A DNA stretch of 64,000 bases from Chloroflexota bacterium (GCA_016194865.1 JACQAT010000020.1:12902-76901); one strand, 5' to 3'; shown: positions 39,697-49,615, numbered from the stretch's first letter. Made by a program: numbers and translations. Notes: a model not told the origin generated them from the sequence alone.

Positions 39697-40440
39697 GTGA
39701 TCGCCCGTGGTTCGCGTTTCCCCGGATCGGACAATCCCGTGCTTCTCATCGCGCTGGTGCTGCTGGTCTTCTACTTCCTCACCGGCAGCCTGCAGGGACC
39801 GATCGGGAACGCCTCCCGGGACCCGATCGGCTTCGTCGGCTTCATCATCGCCGTCGTCCTGGGCATCACGGTCCATGAGTTCATGCACGCCTACGCGGCG
39901 CATCGCCTCGGCGACGACACGGGCCGGCTGCTCGGCCGTCTGAGCCTCAACCCGCTCGCGCACTTCGACATCTTCGGCACGCTGCTCCTCGTGGTCGCCG
40001 GCTTCGGCTACGGCAAGCCGGTGCCGTTCAACGAGTCACGCCTCCGTGGCCCCTTCGGCGTGACGCTGGTCGCGATCGCCGGACCTCTGGCGAATCTGGC
40101 TCTGGCGGCGATCTGCGCGCTGCCGCTGCGCTTCTCGGCGACGCTTCCGTCGACCTCGCTCACGAGCGACTACGACAAGATCCTGCTGCTCGTCGTCTTC
40201 TACAACTGCATCCTCGCGGTGTTCAACCTGCTCCCGATCCCGCCGCTCGACGGAGCGAACGTGGTCTACGGGCTGCTTCCGCCGCGTCAGCAGTTCGCCT
40301 GGCGCAGCTACCAGCAGTACGGGCCCTTCCTGCTCCTGTTCCTGCTGCTGGCCGGCGGCCGGTTCTTCAACACGATCGTGTTCGGCCCCGCGCAGTTCCT
40401 CTTCAGCCTCTTCGTCGGCTCGCACGGCACGTTCTTCTGA
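39697..40440 (+). CDS. Site-2 protease family (M50) membrane metalloprotease
   Basis: 247 aa, polytopic. HEFMH zinc motif and a downstream LLPIPPLDG motif. Confidence 0.85.
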   Translation: MIARGSRFPGSDNPVLLIALVLLVFYFLTGSLQGPIGNASRDPIGFVGFIIAVVLGITVHEFMHAYAAHRLGDDTGRLLGRLSLNPLAHFDIFGTLLLVVAGFGYGKPVPFNESRLRGPFGVTLVAIAGPLANLALAAICALPLRFSATLPSTSLTSDYDKILLLVVFYNCILAVFNLLPIPPLDGANVVYGLLPPRQQFAWRSYQQYGPFLLLFLLLAGGRFFNTIVFGPAQFLFSLFVGSHGTFF

Positions 40441-40448
40441 GCGGCGCG

Positions 40449-40853
40449 ATGCCGGGGCTCGATCGGGTCATTCAGACCTGGCGATTCGCGACGACCCCCG
40501 AGGCCGACGCGCGTCACGCCGAGCGGACCGCCGAGATCCTGCGCTCCCTCGGCGCCACCGACGACCTGGTCCTCGCGGGGTACCTGCACGACCTCGCGAA
40601 GCCGGCCGAGACGCGCATCTGGCACCGTGTCGCCGCGGTGCTGCTCGGGGCGATCCCCGGCCTGAGGGCGCGGGTCGGGCGCGGCGACTCGATCCTCGCG
40701 CGGTACATCGATCACGCGCGGCGCGGCGCGATCGAGGCGAAGAAGCGTGGCGCGCCGGAGCATGTCGTGCAGCTGATCGCGCGGCACCACGAGACGCCGA
40801 TCAGCGGCGAGGAGCGGCTGCTCGCGCGCGCGGATCGAGAAGCGGTGCCGTGA
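40449..40853 (+). CDS. HD-domain protein
   Basis: 134 aa. H...GYLHDLAK and a C-terminal ARHHE are consistent with HD phosphohydrolase metal ligands. Confidence 0.6.
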   Translation: MPGLDRVIQTWRFATTPEADARHAERTAEILRSLGATDDLVLAGYLHDLAKPAETRIWHRVAAVLLGAIPGLRARVGRGDSILARYIDHARRGAIEAKKRGAPEHVVQLIARHHETPISGEERLLARADREAVP

Positions 40854-41581
40854 TCGGCCCGGATCTCCCGCGCGTCACGGTCGAGGGCTTCGAGGGCCCG
40901 CTCGATCTGCTCCTCCAGCTCATCGAGGAGCGCAAGCTCGACATCCTCACGATCCGGCTGGGGGATCTTGCCGATGAATACCTGCAACGAGTGCGCGCGC
41001 TGGACGCGCTGCCCGCGGAGGAGGTCTCGGCGTTCCTCATGCTCGCGTCACGCCTCGTGCTCCTGAAGGCGCGCAGCCTGCTGCCCTCGCTCGAGCCGAT
41101 CCCCGAGGACGAGGGCGAGAGCGAGGCCGAGCTGCGCGCGCGGCTTCTGGAGTACGCCGCGACGCGCGAGCGCGCCGCGTCGTTGGGTCAGCGGATGCGG
41201 GCCGGCGAGCGAGCGTTCCATCGAGAGGGCGGCACCGTCGTGCTCCCGCCGAAGGGCGGTTCGCCGGACGCGCTCGCGTCGGCCTGGGCGCACGTGCTGT
41301 CGCTCGTCGGTCGCCAGCGCGAGGACGAGCTCGTCGCGCCGGCCGAGCGCTACTCGGTGGAGCAGCGCACGGCGGAGATCGAGGCGCTCTTCGCATCTCC
41401 CGATGCGCGGCTCACGTTCATGGAGCTGCTCGGCACGACGCCGACCCTCGGCTTCGCTATCGTGACCTTCATCGCGCTGCTCGATCTGTACCGGCGCATC
41501 GTCATCGATATCCAGCAGGACGCGCTGTTCGGCGAGATCGTGATCACGAGGAAGACGACGGGAGAGGCGCGCGCCGAATGA
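40850..41581 (+). CDS. scpA: Segregation and condensation protein A
   Basis: GTGA overlap. FEGPLDLLLQLIEERKLDI is the family signature. Confidence 0.9.
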   Translation: MIGPDLPRVTVEGFEGPLDLLLQLIEERKLDILTIRLGDLADEYLQRVRALDALPAEEVSAFLMLASRLVLLKARSLLPSLEPIPEDEGESEAELRARLLEYAATRERAASLGQRMRAGERAFHREGGTVVLPPKGGSPDALASAWAHVLSLVGRQREDELVAPAERYSVEQRTAEIEALFASPDARLTFMELLGTTPTLGFAIVTFIALLDLYRRIVIDIQQDALFGEIVITRKTTGEARAE

Positions 41582-42114
41582 CACCGACCGCCAACGCGAT
41601 CCAAGCGGTGCTCTTCGTCGCCGAAAAGGCCGTCTCGCGCGGCGAGCTCGCGAAGATCATCGGCGTCACGCCGCGAGCGATCGACGCGGCGCTGCAGGAG
41701 CTCGAGGCGACGCTCGAGGACACCGGCCTGCGCCTCGCGCACGACGGAGACGACTGGCAGCTCATGACCTCGGCCGGCGCGGCCCCGTACGTGTCCGCGT
41801 TCCTCGGCGCGGATCGGCTGCGCGTGTCGACCGCCTCACTCGAGACGCTCGCGGTCATCGCGTACAAGCAGCCCGCCACTCGCGCGGAGATCGAGGCCAT
41901 CCGCGGGGTGAACTGCGACCAGACCATCTACACGCTGATGGCGCGGCGCCTCATCGAGGAGCGCGGGCGCCGCGAGGCCGCCGGCCGGCCCATCCTCTAC
42001 GGGACGACCTGGGAGTTCCTCGAGTGCTTCGGCCTGACCAGCCTCGAGGAGCTGCCGCGGGTGATGACGCCCGAGGGTCTCGTGAGCGACACCGAGGGAG
42101 CGCACTCGCCATAG
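41578..42114 (+). CDS. scpB: Segregation and condensation protein B
   Basis: ATGA overlap. Winged-helix repeats (AVLFVAEKAVSRGELAKI; LETLAVIAYKQPATRAEIEAIRGV). Confidence 0.9.
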   Translation: MTPTANAIQAVLFVAEKAVSRGELAKIIGVTPRAIDAALQELEATLEDTGLRLAHDGDDWQLMTSAGAAPYVSAFLGADRLRVSTASLETLAVIAYKQPATRAEIEAIRGVNCDQTIYTLMARRLIEERGRREAAGRPILYGTTWEFLECFGLTSLEELPRVMTPEGLVSDTEGAHSP

Positions 42115-42827
42115 CGGACATCCGCCTGCAGAAGGTCCTCGCCGACCGCGGTGTCGCCTCGCGCCGCGCGTCCGAGCGGCTCATCGCCGAGGGTCGCGTT
42201 CGCGTGGACGGAAAGCTCGTCACGCAGCTCGGGACGCAGGTCGACCCATCGGCGACGATCGAGGTCGACGGGCTTCCTCTGGGTGCGGCACCTCGGCGCC
42301 GCTACCTGGTGTTGCACAAGCCACGCGGGATCGTGTCCACGGCGCGCGACGAGCGCGGGCGGCAGGACGTGGTCGCGCTCGTCGGCGCACCCGAGCGTCT
42401 CTACCCCGTGGGCCGGCTGGACGCCGATTCCGAGGGGCTCCTGCTCCTCACGAACGATGGCGACTGGGCGGAGCGCGTGCTGCACCCGCGGAACGGGCAC
42501 GACCGCGAATACGAGGTCAGCGTGCTCGGCGGGGTCACGCGCGAAGCGCTGGCGAAGCTGCGCAGCGGCGTCGAGCTCGAGGAGGGGACCGCGCGCGCCG
42601 ACACGGTACGCGTGGTCTCGCGCACCGCGACCGGCGGGACGCTGCGCCTCGTGCTGCGCACGGGCTGGAAGCGGCAGGTGCGCCGCATGTGCGCGGCGGT
42701 CGGGCTCCGCGTGACGGGCCTGCGGCGCGTGCGCCTTGGCCCGCTGCTCCTCGGACGACTCGCGCCCGGAAGCTGGCGCGAGCTCAGCGCGCGGGAGATC
42801 AAGCTGCTCGGTACGGCGGCGCGCTGA
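42024..42827 (+). CDS. rluB: Pseudouridine synthase RluB/RsuA family (start uncertain)
   Basis: S4 domain IRLQKVLADRGVASRRASERLI, catalytic GRLDADSEGLLLLTNDG. The only canonical start (GTG 42024) overlaps scpB by 91 nt and adds an Arg-rich extension. CTG 42126 (giving MQKVLA..) lies 12 nt after the scpB stop and is an alternative. Confidence 0.85.
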   Translation: MLRPDQPRGAAAGDDARGSRERHRGSALAIADIRLQKVLADRGVASRRASERLIAEGRVRVDGKLVTQLGTQVDPSATIEVDGLPLGAAPRRRYLVLHKPRGIVSTARDERGRQDVVALVGAPERLYPVGRLDADSEGLLLLTNDGDWAERVLHPRNGHDREYEVSVLGGVTREALAKLRSGVELEEGTARADTVRVVSRTATGGTLRLVLRTGWKRQVRRMCAAVGLRVTGLRRVRLGPLLLGRLAPGSWRELSAREIKLLGTAAR

Positions 42828-43522
42828 TGCCGACGCCGCGCACGATCGCCATCGATGGACCGGCCGGCGCGGGGAAGAGCACGATCGGCGCGCTCGTCGC
42901 GGAGCGGCTCGGCTACCTGTACCTCGACACCGGCGCGATGTACCGCGCGGTCGCGCTCGCCGCGCTCGACCGTGGGATCGATCCAGACGATGGCGCGAAG
43001 CTCGCCGAGCTCGCGCGCTCCGTGCGCATCCTCATCGGTCCCCCGACGGTGCGCGACGGCCGCGCTTATACCGTGCTCCTCGACGGCCGCGACGTCACCT
43101 GGCCGATCCGCGCCGCGGGCGTCGATCGCGTCGTGTCGCAGGTCGCGCGCGTGCCGGCGGTGCGCGACGCGATGGTGGAGCAACAGCGAGCGCTCGCGAC
43201 GCAGGGGCGCGTCGTGATGGTCGGGCGCGACATCGGCACGATCGTGCTGCCTCATGCCGAGCGGAAGATCTTCCTCACGGCATCGGCCGCGGAGCGGGCG
43301 AGGCGGCGTGAGGAGGAGCTCGCGGCGCGCGGCGAGGCCCGCACACGTCAGCAGCTCCTGCACGAGATCCTGCGGCGCGACCAGCTCGACAGAGAGCGCG
43401 CCGTGGCGCCGCTCAAGGCGGCGCAGGACGCCGTCGTCGTGCAGACCGACGGCCTGAGCGTCCAGGAGGCGCTCGATCGCGTGCTCGCGGTGATCACGCG
43501 GCCCAACGCGCCCAGGTCGTGA
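42827..43522 (+). CDS. cmk: Cytidylate kinase
   Basis: ATG at 42827 overlaps the TGA. IAIDGPAGAGKST and LDTGAMYR motifs. Confidence 0.95.
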   Translation: MPTPRTIAIDGPAGAGKSTIGALVAERLGYLYLDTGAMYRAVALAALDRGIDPDDGAKLAELARSVRILIGPPTVRDGRAYTVLLDGRDVTWPIRAAGVDRVVSQVARVPAVRDAMVEQQRALATQGRVVMVGRDIGTIVLPHAERKIFLTASAAERARRREEELAARGEARTRQQLLHEILRRDQLDRERAVAPLKAAQDAVVVQTDGLSVQEALDRVLAVITRPNAPRS

Positions 43523-44190
43523 CCGCGACGGGCGTCGGCTGGCTTGGCGCGCCCGAGTGGCCCGACCGGCGCCTGTGGGTGTGGCAGCTCGGCTTCGGGA
43601 CGGTGAGCGCGCTCGCCACGTTCCTCGCTCCCCTCGCGGTCCGCGGCCGCGAGCACATCCCCGCGGAGGGCCCGTACATCCTCGCCGCGAACCACATCGA
43701 TTGGAAGGACCCTCCCTGGATCGAATTCGCGTTCCGCGTGCCGCTTCGCTACATGGCGAAGCAGGAGGTCTTCGAGGTGCCGCTCATCGGCGGCGTGCTC
43801 CGCGGGATCGGCTGCTTCCCGGTGCGGCGTGGCGAGGCCGACCGGCGCGCGATCGTGACGGCGCTGCGCGTGCTCGAGACCGGGCATCCGCTCGGTTTCT
43901 TCCCGGAGGGCCATCGCAGCGAGGACGGCGTCCTGCGCCGCGGGCATCCCGGTATCGCGCTGCTCGCCGAGCGCTCGGGAGCGCCGATCGTGCCCGTCGG
44001 CATCGCCGGCACGACACACGCTCGCCTTGGGCGCTTCTGGCGCCGCGACATCGACGTCGTCATCGGTGAGTCCTTCCGTGTGGCGGATCTCGCGAGCAGC
44101 GAGCGCTCGTCGGCCGACGCGACGACGGCCGCGATCATGCGACGCATCGCGCGCCTGCTTCCCGAGGAGATGCGCGGCGAGCATCGCTAG
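43519..44190 (+). CDS. plsC: 1-acyl-sn-glycerol-3-phosphate acyltransferase
   Basis: GTGA overlap. NHIDWKD (HX4D) and FPEGHRS motifs. Confidence 0.85.
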   Translation: MTATGVGWLGAPEWPDRRLWVWQLGFGTVSALATFLAPLAVRGREHIPAEGPYILAANHIDWKDPPWIEFAFRVPLRYMAKQEVFEVPLIGGVLRGIGCFPVRRGEADRRAIVTALRVLETGHPLGFFPEGHRSEDGVLRRGHPGIALLAERSGAPIVPVGIAGTTHARLGRFWRRDIDVVIGESFRVADLASSERSSADATTAAIMRRIARLLPEEMRGEHR

Positions 44191-44208
44191 AAACGGCTCG
44201 CGCGAACG

Positions 44209-44214
44209 TACACT
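44209..44214 (+). promoter_or_regulatory. -10-like hexamer TACACT, 6 nt upstream of the ispH ATG (leaderless geometry)
   Basis: TACACT-GAGGTC-ATG. Confidence 0.4.
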
Positions 44215-44220
44215 GAGGTC

Positions 44221-45051
44221 ATGGAAGTCCTCCTCGCGCGCGAGAACGGGTTCTGCTTCGGGGTCAAGAAGGCCGTCGAGCTCACCGAGGCCGCAACTGA
44301 AACTGGGCGCAGCGTGCACAACCTCGGGCAGGTGGTGCACAACCCGAAGATCAGCGAGCGCCTCGCCGCGCGCGGCGTGAAGGTCATCTCCGACCCGAGC
44401 GAGGCGAAGGACGGCATCATCGTCATCCGGGCTCACGGGATCCCGCCGGAGACGCGCGCCAAGATCGAGGCGCAGGGCATGGAGTGCATCGACGCGACCT
44501 GCTCGCTCGTGCTGCGCGCGCAGCGCTTCACGAAGCAGCTTGCGGACGAGGGCTACACGGTGATCATCCTCGGCACCCGGGAGCATCCCGAGGTCGTCGG
44601 GCTCCTTGGCTTCGCCCCGAACGCGAAGGTCGTCGAGACGAAGGAGGAATGGGACAGGCTGCCGAAGATGAAGCGCGCGGGTGTGGTCTCGCAGTCGACG
44701 CAGCCGCCCTGGGCGTTCACCGCGCTCGTCGCGCACGTCGCCGAGATCTCGCAGGAGCTCAAGGTCTTCAACACCGTCTGCCCGGTCACCGTGAAGCGAC
44801 AGCACGCCGCGACCGAGCTGTCGGAGCGGACCGACACGATCATCGTCGTCGGTGGGAAGAACTCCGCGAACACGCGCGAGCTCGTCAACCTCGCGAGGAT
44901 GCAGGGGCGCACCGCGTATCACATCGAGAGCGCCGCGGAGCTCGAGCCGGCGTGGCTGGCCGGGAAGGAGCGCGTCGGCCTCATCGGTGGCTGTTCGACG
45001 CCGATGGAGACCCTACTCGAAGTGAAGGAGCGCGCGGAAGCGCTCTCCTAG
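44221..45051 (+). CDS. ispH: 4-hydroxy-3-methylbut-2-enyl diphosphate reductase
   Basis: 276 aa. GFCFGVKKAV, a second Cys in DATCSLV, a third in NTVCP, and SANT near the C-terminus. Confidence 0.9.
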   Translation: MEVLLARENGFCFGVKKAVELTEAATETGRSVHNLGQVVHNPKISERLAARGVKVISDPSEAKDGIIVIRAHGIPPETRAKIEAQGMECIDATCSLVLRAQRFTKQLADEGYTVIILGTREHPEVVGLLGFAPNAKVVETKEEWDRLPKMKRAGVVSQSTQPPWAFTALVAHVAEISQELKVFNTVCPVTVKRQHAATELSERTDTIIVVGGKNSANTRELVNLARMQGRTAYHIESAAELEPAWLAGKERVGLIGGCSTPMETLLEVKERAEALS

Positions 45052-45067
45052 CGATCGTGATCGTCCG

Positions 45068-46390
45068 ATGACCCGTGCGCTCGTCGCCGTCGTCGGGAGG
45101 CCGAACGTCGGCAAGTCCACGCTGTTCAACCGTCTCATCGGCGAGCGCCTGGCCATCGTCGAGGACCTGCCCGGAACGACGCGCGATCGGATCTACGGGA
45201 CGGTCGAGTGGCGCAGCCGCGACTTCGGCCTCGTCGACACCGGCGGGCTCGACGACGGCAAGGCGGAGATGGACACGGCGGTCCGCCGCCAGGTCGAGGC
45301 CGCCATCGAAGAGGCGGACATCGTGATGTTCGTCGTCGACGCGAAGACGGGCATCGTGCCCGTCGAGCACGACGTCGCCGATCGGCTGCGGCGGTCGGGC
45401 AAGCCCACCCTGCTCGTCGCGAACAAGAGCGACGGCTGGCGCGCGGAGGCGCAGTCGGCCGAGTTCTACGAGCTGGGTCTCGGCGAGCCGCAGCCCGTCT
45501 CCGCGATCCAGGGCCACGGGACGGGCGATCTGCTCGACCGGGTGGTCACGCTCCTTCCGCCCGACGACGACGTGTTCGAGGGCAGGTACGACGCGCGCAT
45601 CGCGATCGTCGGCCGGCCGAACGTCGGCAAGTCGAGCTTCCTGAACGCGCTCGTCGGCAGCGAGCGCGCCGTCGTGAGCGAGATCCCCGGGACCACGCGC
45701 GATCCGATCGACACGATGCTCGTGCGCGATGGCGCGCAGATCCTGCTCGTCGACACGGCCGGCATCCGCCGGCGCGGCCGTATCGACGAGGGCATCGAGA
45801 AGTACGCGCTGCTGCGGACCGTCCACGCCCTCGAGCGCGCGGACGTCGCGATCCTGCTCGTCGATGCCACCGAGGGCATCGTCGACCAGGACGTCCACGT
45901 CGCGGGCTACGCGTTGGAGGCCGGCGTGGGCCTCGTGGTCGCGGTGAACAAGTGGGACATCGTCGAGCACGGTGAGGAGGTCACCGCCACGTGGACGGCC
46001 GACCTCGTTCGCGAGTTCCACTTCGCGCCGTGGCTCGCGCATCACTTCACCTCGGCCAAGAACAAGCGCAACGTCGACGCCACCCTCGATGACGCGATCC
46101 GGATCGTCGCGACCCGCGCGGGCCGGATCCCCACGGGTCAGCTGCACGAGCTGCTCGTGGAGTCGCTCGCGTCGCATCCGCCCCCGACGAGCCGCGGACG
46201 ACCGGTAGGCTTCCATCACGTGACGCAGGCCGACGCGCGCACGCCGACGTTCGTGTTCTTCGTCGACCGCCCCGAGGCGGTCCACTTCTCCTACCAGCGC
46301 TACCTCGAGAACAGGATCCGCGAGCGCTTCGGCTTCCAGGGCACGCCGATCCGCCTCCAGATGCGCGGCGCGCGGGACGAGAAGGACTGA
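45068..46390 (+). CDS. der: Ribosome-biogenesis GTPase Der (EngA)
   Basis: 440 aa. Two G domains (GRPNVGKST and GRPNVGKSS) plus a KH-like C-terminus. Confidence 0.95.
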   Translation: MTRALVAVVGRPNVGKSTLFNRLIGERLAIVEDLPGTTRDRIYGTVEWRSRDFGLVDTGGLDDGKAEMDTAVRRQVEAAIEEADIVMFVVDAKTGIVPVEHDVADRLRRSGKPTLLVANKSDGWRAEAQSAEFYELGLGEPQPVSAIQGHGTGDLLDRVVTLLPPDDDVFEGRYDARIAIVGRPNVGKSSFLNALVGSERAVVSEIPGTTRDPIDTMLVRDGAQILLVDTAGIRRRGRIDEGIEKYALLRTVHALERADVAILLVDATEGIVDQDVHVAGYALEAGVGLVVAVNKWDIVEHGEEVTATWTADLVREFHFAPWLAHHFTSAKNKRNVDATLDDAIRIVATRAGRIPTGQLHELLVESLASHPPPTSRGRPVGFHHVTQADARTPTFVFFVDRPEAVHFSYQRYLENRIRERFGFQGTPIRLQMRGARDEKD

Positions 46391-47028
46391 TGGGTCCGCT
46401 CCACCCCGTCGCGGCCGTCGTCGTGGGCCTCGCGGGGTACGCGATCGGCTCGGTCTCGAGCGGCTACCTCGTCGGCAAGATCTATCGCAATGTCGATCTG
46501 CGGCGCGTCGGCTCGGGCTCGACCGGCGCGACGAACACGATGCGCACGCTCGGTGTCGGCGCGGGCCTGCTCGTCGCGGGGCTCGACATCCTGAAGGGCG
46601 TGACCGCGGTGCTGCTCGCGGACATCGTGTTCCCCGGCGGAGCCGAGCTGCGGCCCGTCGCGCAGGCGCTCGCCGCGCTCGGGGCGGTCGCGGGGCATTG
46701 CTGGCCCGCGTTCCTCGAGGGCCGCGGCGGGCGCGGCGTCGCGACGGGCTTCGGCGCGCTGCTGGTCATCGCGAGCCCCGCGTGGCTCGTGTCCGTCGCC
46801 GCGTTCATGGTCGCGATCGCGCTCACGCGCATGGTCTCGGTCGGCTCCCTCGCGGCCGTTGCCGGCGCTGTCGCCGGTTACGCGCTCTTCACCTGGACCG
46901 GCGTCATGCCCTTCAACGCGGCGATCCTCGCGTTCATCCTGGCCGCGAGCGCGATCGTCACCTGGCGCCACCGGCAGAACATCGAGCGCATCCTCCGCGG
47001 CGCGGAGCCGCGCCTCGGGAGCCGCTGA
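46390..47028 (+). CDS. plsY: Glycerol-3-phosphate acyltransferase PlsY
   Basis: 212 aa, polytopic. GSGSTGATN and GGRGVATG motifs. Confidence 0.9.
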   Translation: MGPLHPVAAVVVGLAGYAIGSVSSGYLVGKIYRNVDLRRVGSGSTGATNTMRTLGVGAGLLVAGLDILKGVTAVLLADIVFPGGAELRPVAQALAALGAVAGHCWPAFLEGRGGRGVATGFGALLVIASPAWLVSVAAFMVAIALTRMVSVGSLAAVAGAVAGYALFTWTGVMPFNAAILAFILAASAIVTWRHRQNIERILRGAEPRLGSR

Positions 47029-47029
47029 G

Positions 47030-48091
47030 GTGACGCCGGAGGTCGCGGTCCTGCAGGCCGGATCGTGGGGGACGACGCTCGCCACGATCCTCGCGCGCGA
47101 CGGCGGGAAGCGCGTGCTGCTGTGGACGCGCGACCCGGAGAAGGCCGCCGAGCTCGCCGCGCTGCGGGAGAACCGTCGCTACCTCCCCGGCATCAAGATC
47201 CCCAACTCGGTCGAGGTGACGGCCGATCCCGAGCGCGCCCTCGCGGCGGACGACCTGGTCTGCGCCGTGCCGACCGCGGGGGTGCGCGCGCTCCGCGACC
47301 GCCTCGCACCGCTGCTGAAGGACCGCCACCACGTGCTCTCGGCCACGAAGGGGCTCGATGCCGACGGAACGCGCATGAGCGAGCTGTGGGGTGAGGCGAT
47401 CGGCCCACGTCGCGTGGCGGTCCTCTCAGGACCGAACATCAGCCGCGAGATCGCGGCCGGGCTGCCGGCGCCGACGGTCATCGCCTCGGCGGAGCCGCTC
47501 GTCGCGCGACGCTTCCAGGCGCTCATGGGCACGCCGATGTTCCGCGCCTACACGAACACCGACGTCGTCGGCGTCGAGCTGTGCGGGGCGCTGAAGAACA
47601 TCATCGCCCTCGGCGCGGGCGCGATCGACGGCATCGGCTACGGGGACAACGCGAAGGCCGGGTTCCTCACGCGCGGCCTCGCGGAGATCGCGCGATTCGC
47701 GTTCAGCGAGGGCGCCGACCCGCTCACGGCGGCCGGTCTCGCGGGCGTGGGCGACCTCATCGCGACGTGCGCGAGCACCCACTCGCGGAACCGGACGGTC
47801 GGCGAGCTGCTCGCGCGTGGCCTCGCGCTGCCGGAGATCACGGAGCGCCTCGGTGGCCAGGTCGCCGAGGGCGTCGGCACGACGGTCGCCGCGTACGCGA
47901 GCGCGAAGCGCAAGGGCGTCGAGATGCCGATCACGACGCAGACGCACGCCGTTCTTTTTGACGCGCGCCCTGTCCGAGCCGCGATGCGCGAGCTCATGGA
48001 CCGCGAGCCCGCGGAGGAGCTGTCCGGTCCGCTCGCGGAGTTCTCGCGCCTGCTGCGCGGCCTGAGTGACACCAGCCCCCGCGCGCGTTGA
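47030..48091 (+). CDS. gpsA: NAD(P)H-dependent glycerol-3-phosphate dehydrogenase
   Basis: GTG 47030 lies 1 nt after the plsY stop. AGSWGTTLA Rossmann motif, SGPNISREIA and GALKNIIALGAG motifs. Confidence 0.9.
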   Translation: MTPEVAVLQAGSWGTTLATILARDGGKRVLLWTRDPEKAAELAALRENRRYLPGIKIPNSVEVTADPERALAADDLVCAVPTAGVRALRDRLAPLLKDRHHVLSATKGLDADGTRMSELWGEAIGPRRVAVLSGPNISREIAAGLPAPTVIASAEPLVARRFQALMGTPMFRAYTNTDVVGVELCGALKNIIALGAGAIDGIGYGDNAKAGFLTRGLAEIARFAFSEGADPLTAAGLAGVGDLIATCASTHSRNRTVGELLARGLALPEITERLGGQVAEGVGTTVAAYASAKRKGVEMPITTQTHAVLFDARPVRAAMRELMDREPAEELSGPLAEFSRLLRGLSDTSPRAR

Positions 48092-48099
48092 ATGTAGGT

Positions 48100-49584
48100 A
48101 TGCGCTCCCGCGTACTCCTCCTGATCCTCGCCGGCGCCCTGTCCTGCACCCCGGCGGTCCCGGTCTCGGGTCCGGACGGTCCGCCGGAACGGGAGCCCGT
48201 GGCGCGGCATCTCGACGTTCGTGCCGCCAGCGGTGGGAACGGGGTGCGGGCCGTGCGGGTGTGCGCGACGGGCACCGGTCGCGGCGACGAGCGCTGCGGG
48301 ACGACGGGTGCGGACGGCCGCGTCGCGTTCGACCTCCCCAGCGGCACGTACCTGCTGCGCGCGACGCCACCGGCGGGCGCCCGTCTCGAGGAGGCACGTC
48401 AGGGCGTGGACCTGACGACCGGCAGCGCGACGACGGTCATCGCGCTCGAAGGGCTCGCGCTCGTCGGCGGGACGGTGCGTGACGACGCGGGCGCGCTCGT
48501 GAACGGCGCCAGCGTGTGCGCGCACGCGACCGTCGACGGCGCGACGTTCTGCGTGTCGTCGCATGCGGACGGGCGCTACGCGGTGCGCGTGAAGCCCGGC
48601 GTCTACAAGGTCGAGATCCAGAGCTCGCCGGGCGCGCGGCTCGTGGCGCAGTGGGCGCGCGGGCGCGTCGATTCGTACGAGGCCGACACCATCGACGTGC
48701 GCGCGAGCGACGAGCTCGGCGTCGACGTGGCGCTCATACGCGGCTTCGTCATCGACGGCGTCGTCACCGATGGACGCGACGGCCGGCCGCTCGAGGAGGC
48801 GCAGATCTGCACGAGCACGCTCGCGGCACCGCTGCCGTGGAATTGCGACAAGACGGACAAGGTGGGGACGTACCGCGTGGTGCGCGAGCCAGGCCAGTAC
48901 TGGGTGTGGACGATCCCGTCCGACACGGACGGGGAGCAGCTGCGCTACCAGTACCACCGCTTCGCGGACACGGGCATGAACGCGGCGCCGCTCATCCTCG
49001 ACCGCGACGTGCGCTACGACGTCGCCCTCCGCACCGGCCCGCGCCTCGTCGGCCGCGTGACGCTCCCGGACGGCACGCCGCTCGTCGGGGCGCACGTCTG
49101 CGTCGACACGCCGTTCGCGACGGGACGCATCTGCCGCGAGACGAAGGGCGATGGCAGCTACGTGGTCACGACCCGCCCCGAGACCTACGTGCTCCAGATC
49201 CAGCCACCTTCCGGCAGCCGCGCGGTCGGCACCTGGTGGCGCAGCGGGCGAAGCTGGAACGACGCCGATCCGGTCGAGATCCGCTCCGCCGACACGCGCG
49301 TCGACATCGTGCTGGCGGCGGGCGTGCTCCTGCGCGGCAATGTGCTCACCGCCGACGGCGTGCCCATCGAGGAGGCGCCCGTGAACGTGAGCGACGCGCG
49401 TGGCTTCCTCGTCGGCGGCTACACCGACCCGCACGGGCACTACGAGATCGCGGTCCCGAAGGGCAGCTACACGGTCGACGTGTTCGCCCCGCGGGTGAGC
49501 CAGCTGCTGAGCGTCCCGGGCAAGGAGCTGCGGATCGACGCCGACACCACGTACGACGTGAAGCTGCCGTTTGCGTCACCATGA
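48100..49584 (+). CDS. Secreted/lipoprotein with 5-6 carboxypeptidase-regulatory-like (CarboxypepD_reg) repeats
   Basis: MRSRVLLLILAGALSC signal/lipobox. The repeats follow the pattern V.G.V.D..G.P...A.VC....(9-12)..C..T..DG.Y.V.V.PG.Y. Four of them carry a conserved Cys pair. Confidence 0.7.
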   Translation: MRSRVLLLILAGALSCTPAVPVSGPDGPPEREPVARHLDVRAASGGNGVRAVRVCATGTGRGDERCGTTGADGRVAFDLPSGTYLLRATPPAGARLEEARQGVDLTTGSATTVIALEGLALVGGTVRDDAGALVNGASVCAHATVDGATFCVSSHADGRYAVRVKPGVYKVEIQSSPGARLVAQWARGRVDSYEADTIDVRASDELGVDVALIRGFVIDGVVTDGRDGRPLEEAQICTSTLAAPLPWNCDKTDKVGTYRVVREPGQYWVWTIPSDTDGEQLRYQYHRFADTGMNAAPLILDRDVRYDVALRTGPRLVGRVTLPDGTPLVGAHVCVDTPFATGRICRETKGDGSYVVTTRPETYVLQIQPPSGSRAVGTWWRSGRSWNDADPVEIRSADTRVDIVLAAGVLLRGNVLTADGVPIEEAPVNVSDARGFLVGGYTDPHGHYEIAVPKGSYTVDVFAPRVSQLLSVPGKELRIDADTTYDVKLPFASP

Positions 49585-49615
49585 CCCCCTGACGAAGATC
49601 CATGGGAGGACAACG

